This document shows positions 36,623-36,623 of a stretch of 36,623 nt of DNA, piece by piece. The notes under the pieces are model-generated. The model searched no databases. It worked only from the letters and a program-made list of their open reading frames with translations, and was not told the DNA's origin. A program made the translations under genes and the position numbers. Positions within the stretch are counted from its first letter, which is position 1; each line of letters begins with the position of its first letter. The DNA is taken from assembly GCA_046593995.1 (NCBI GenBank), contig JBKJQC010001225.1, positions 1 through 36,623 on the forward strand, given 5' to 3'. Origin of the DNA: Polyangiales bacterium. GTDB taxonomy: Bacteria > Myxococcota_A > Polyangia > Polyangiales > JADJMO01.

Positions 36623-36623
36623 G

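Overview
High-GC (roughly 70% by eye) bacterial chromosomal segment. The gene content points to Myxococcota, probably Polyangia-like (inference): an FHA-sigma54 activator, two Hanks-type kinases, a PEGA-like protein, DUF2330 with a MYXO-CTERM-like tail, and DUF1501/DUF1585-type genes. About 39 plausible CDSs are present. Housekeeping genes are pyk, pilD, surA, a family-4 UDG, an LpxL-type acyltransferase, a radical SAM enzyme, a GH13 glucosidase and a PhnW-like aminotransferase. Accessory genes are three Pol-beta-like nucleotidyltransferases (two with small coupled partners), Uma2, a PIN toxin and an orphan MutH. No rRNA, tRNA, CRISPR array or transposase was seen. Most long ORFs in the track are antisense or out-of-frame shadows typical of high-GC DNA. 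Four signals stand out and are not shown by the ORF track. (1) A ~490-nt, promoter- and terminator-bounded, heavily base-paired + strand RNA in the 27835-28734 intergenic gap, containing a strong-SD 14-codon ORF. (2) A UGA-recoded UxxC selenoprotein with a SECIS-like hairpin at 31632-32198. (3) An intact MutH far outside its usual Dam-linked gammaproteobacterial context. (4) A recurring TANNNT box 6-9 nt before start codons, suggesting widespread leaderless or near-leaderless transcription. All calls come from reading the sequence; no searches were run.
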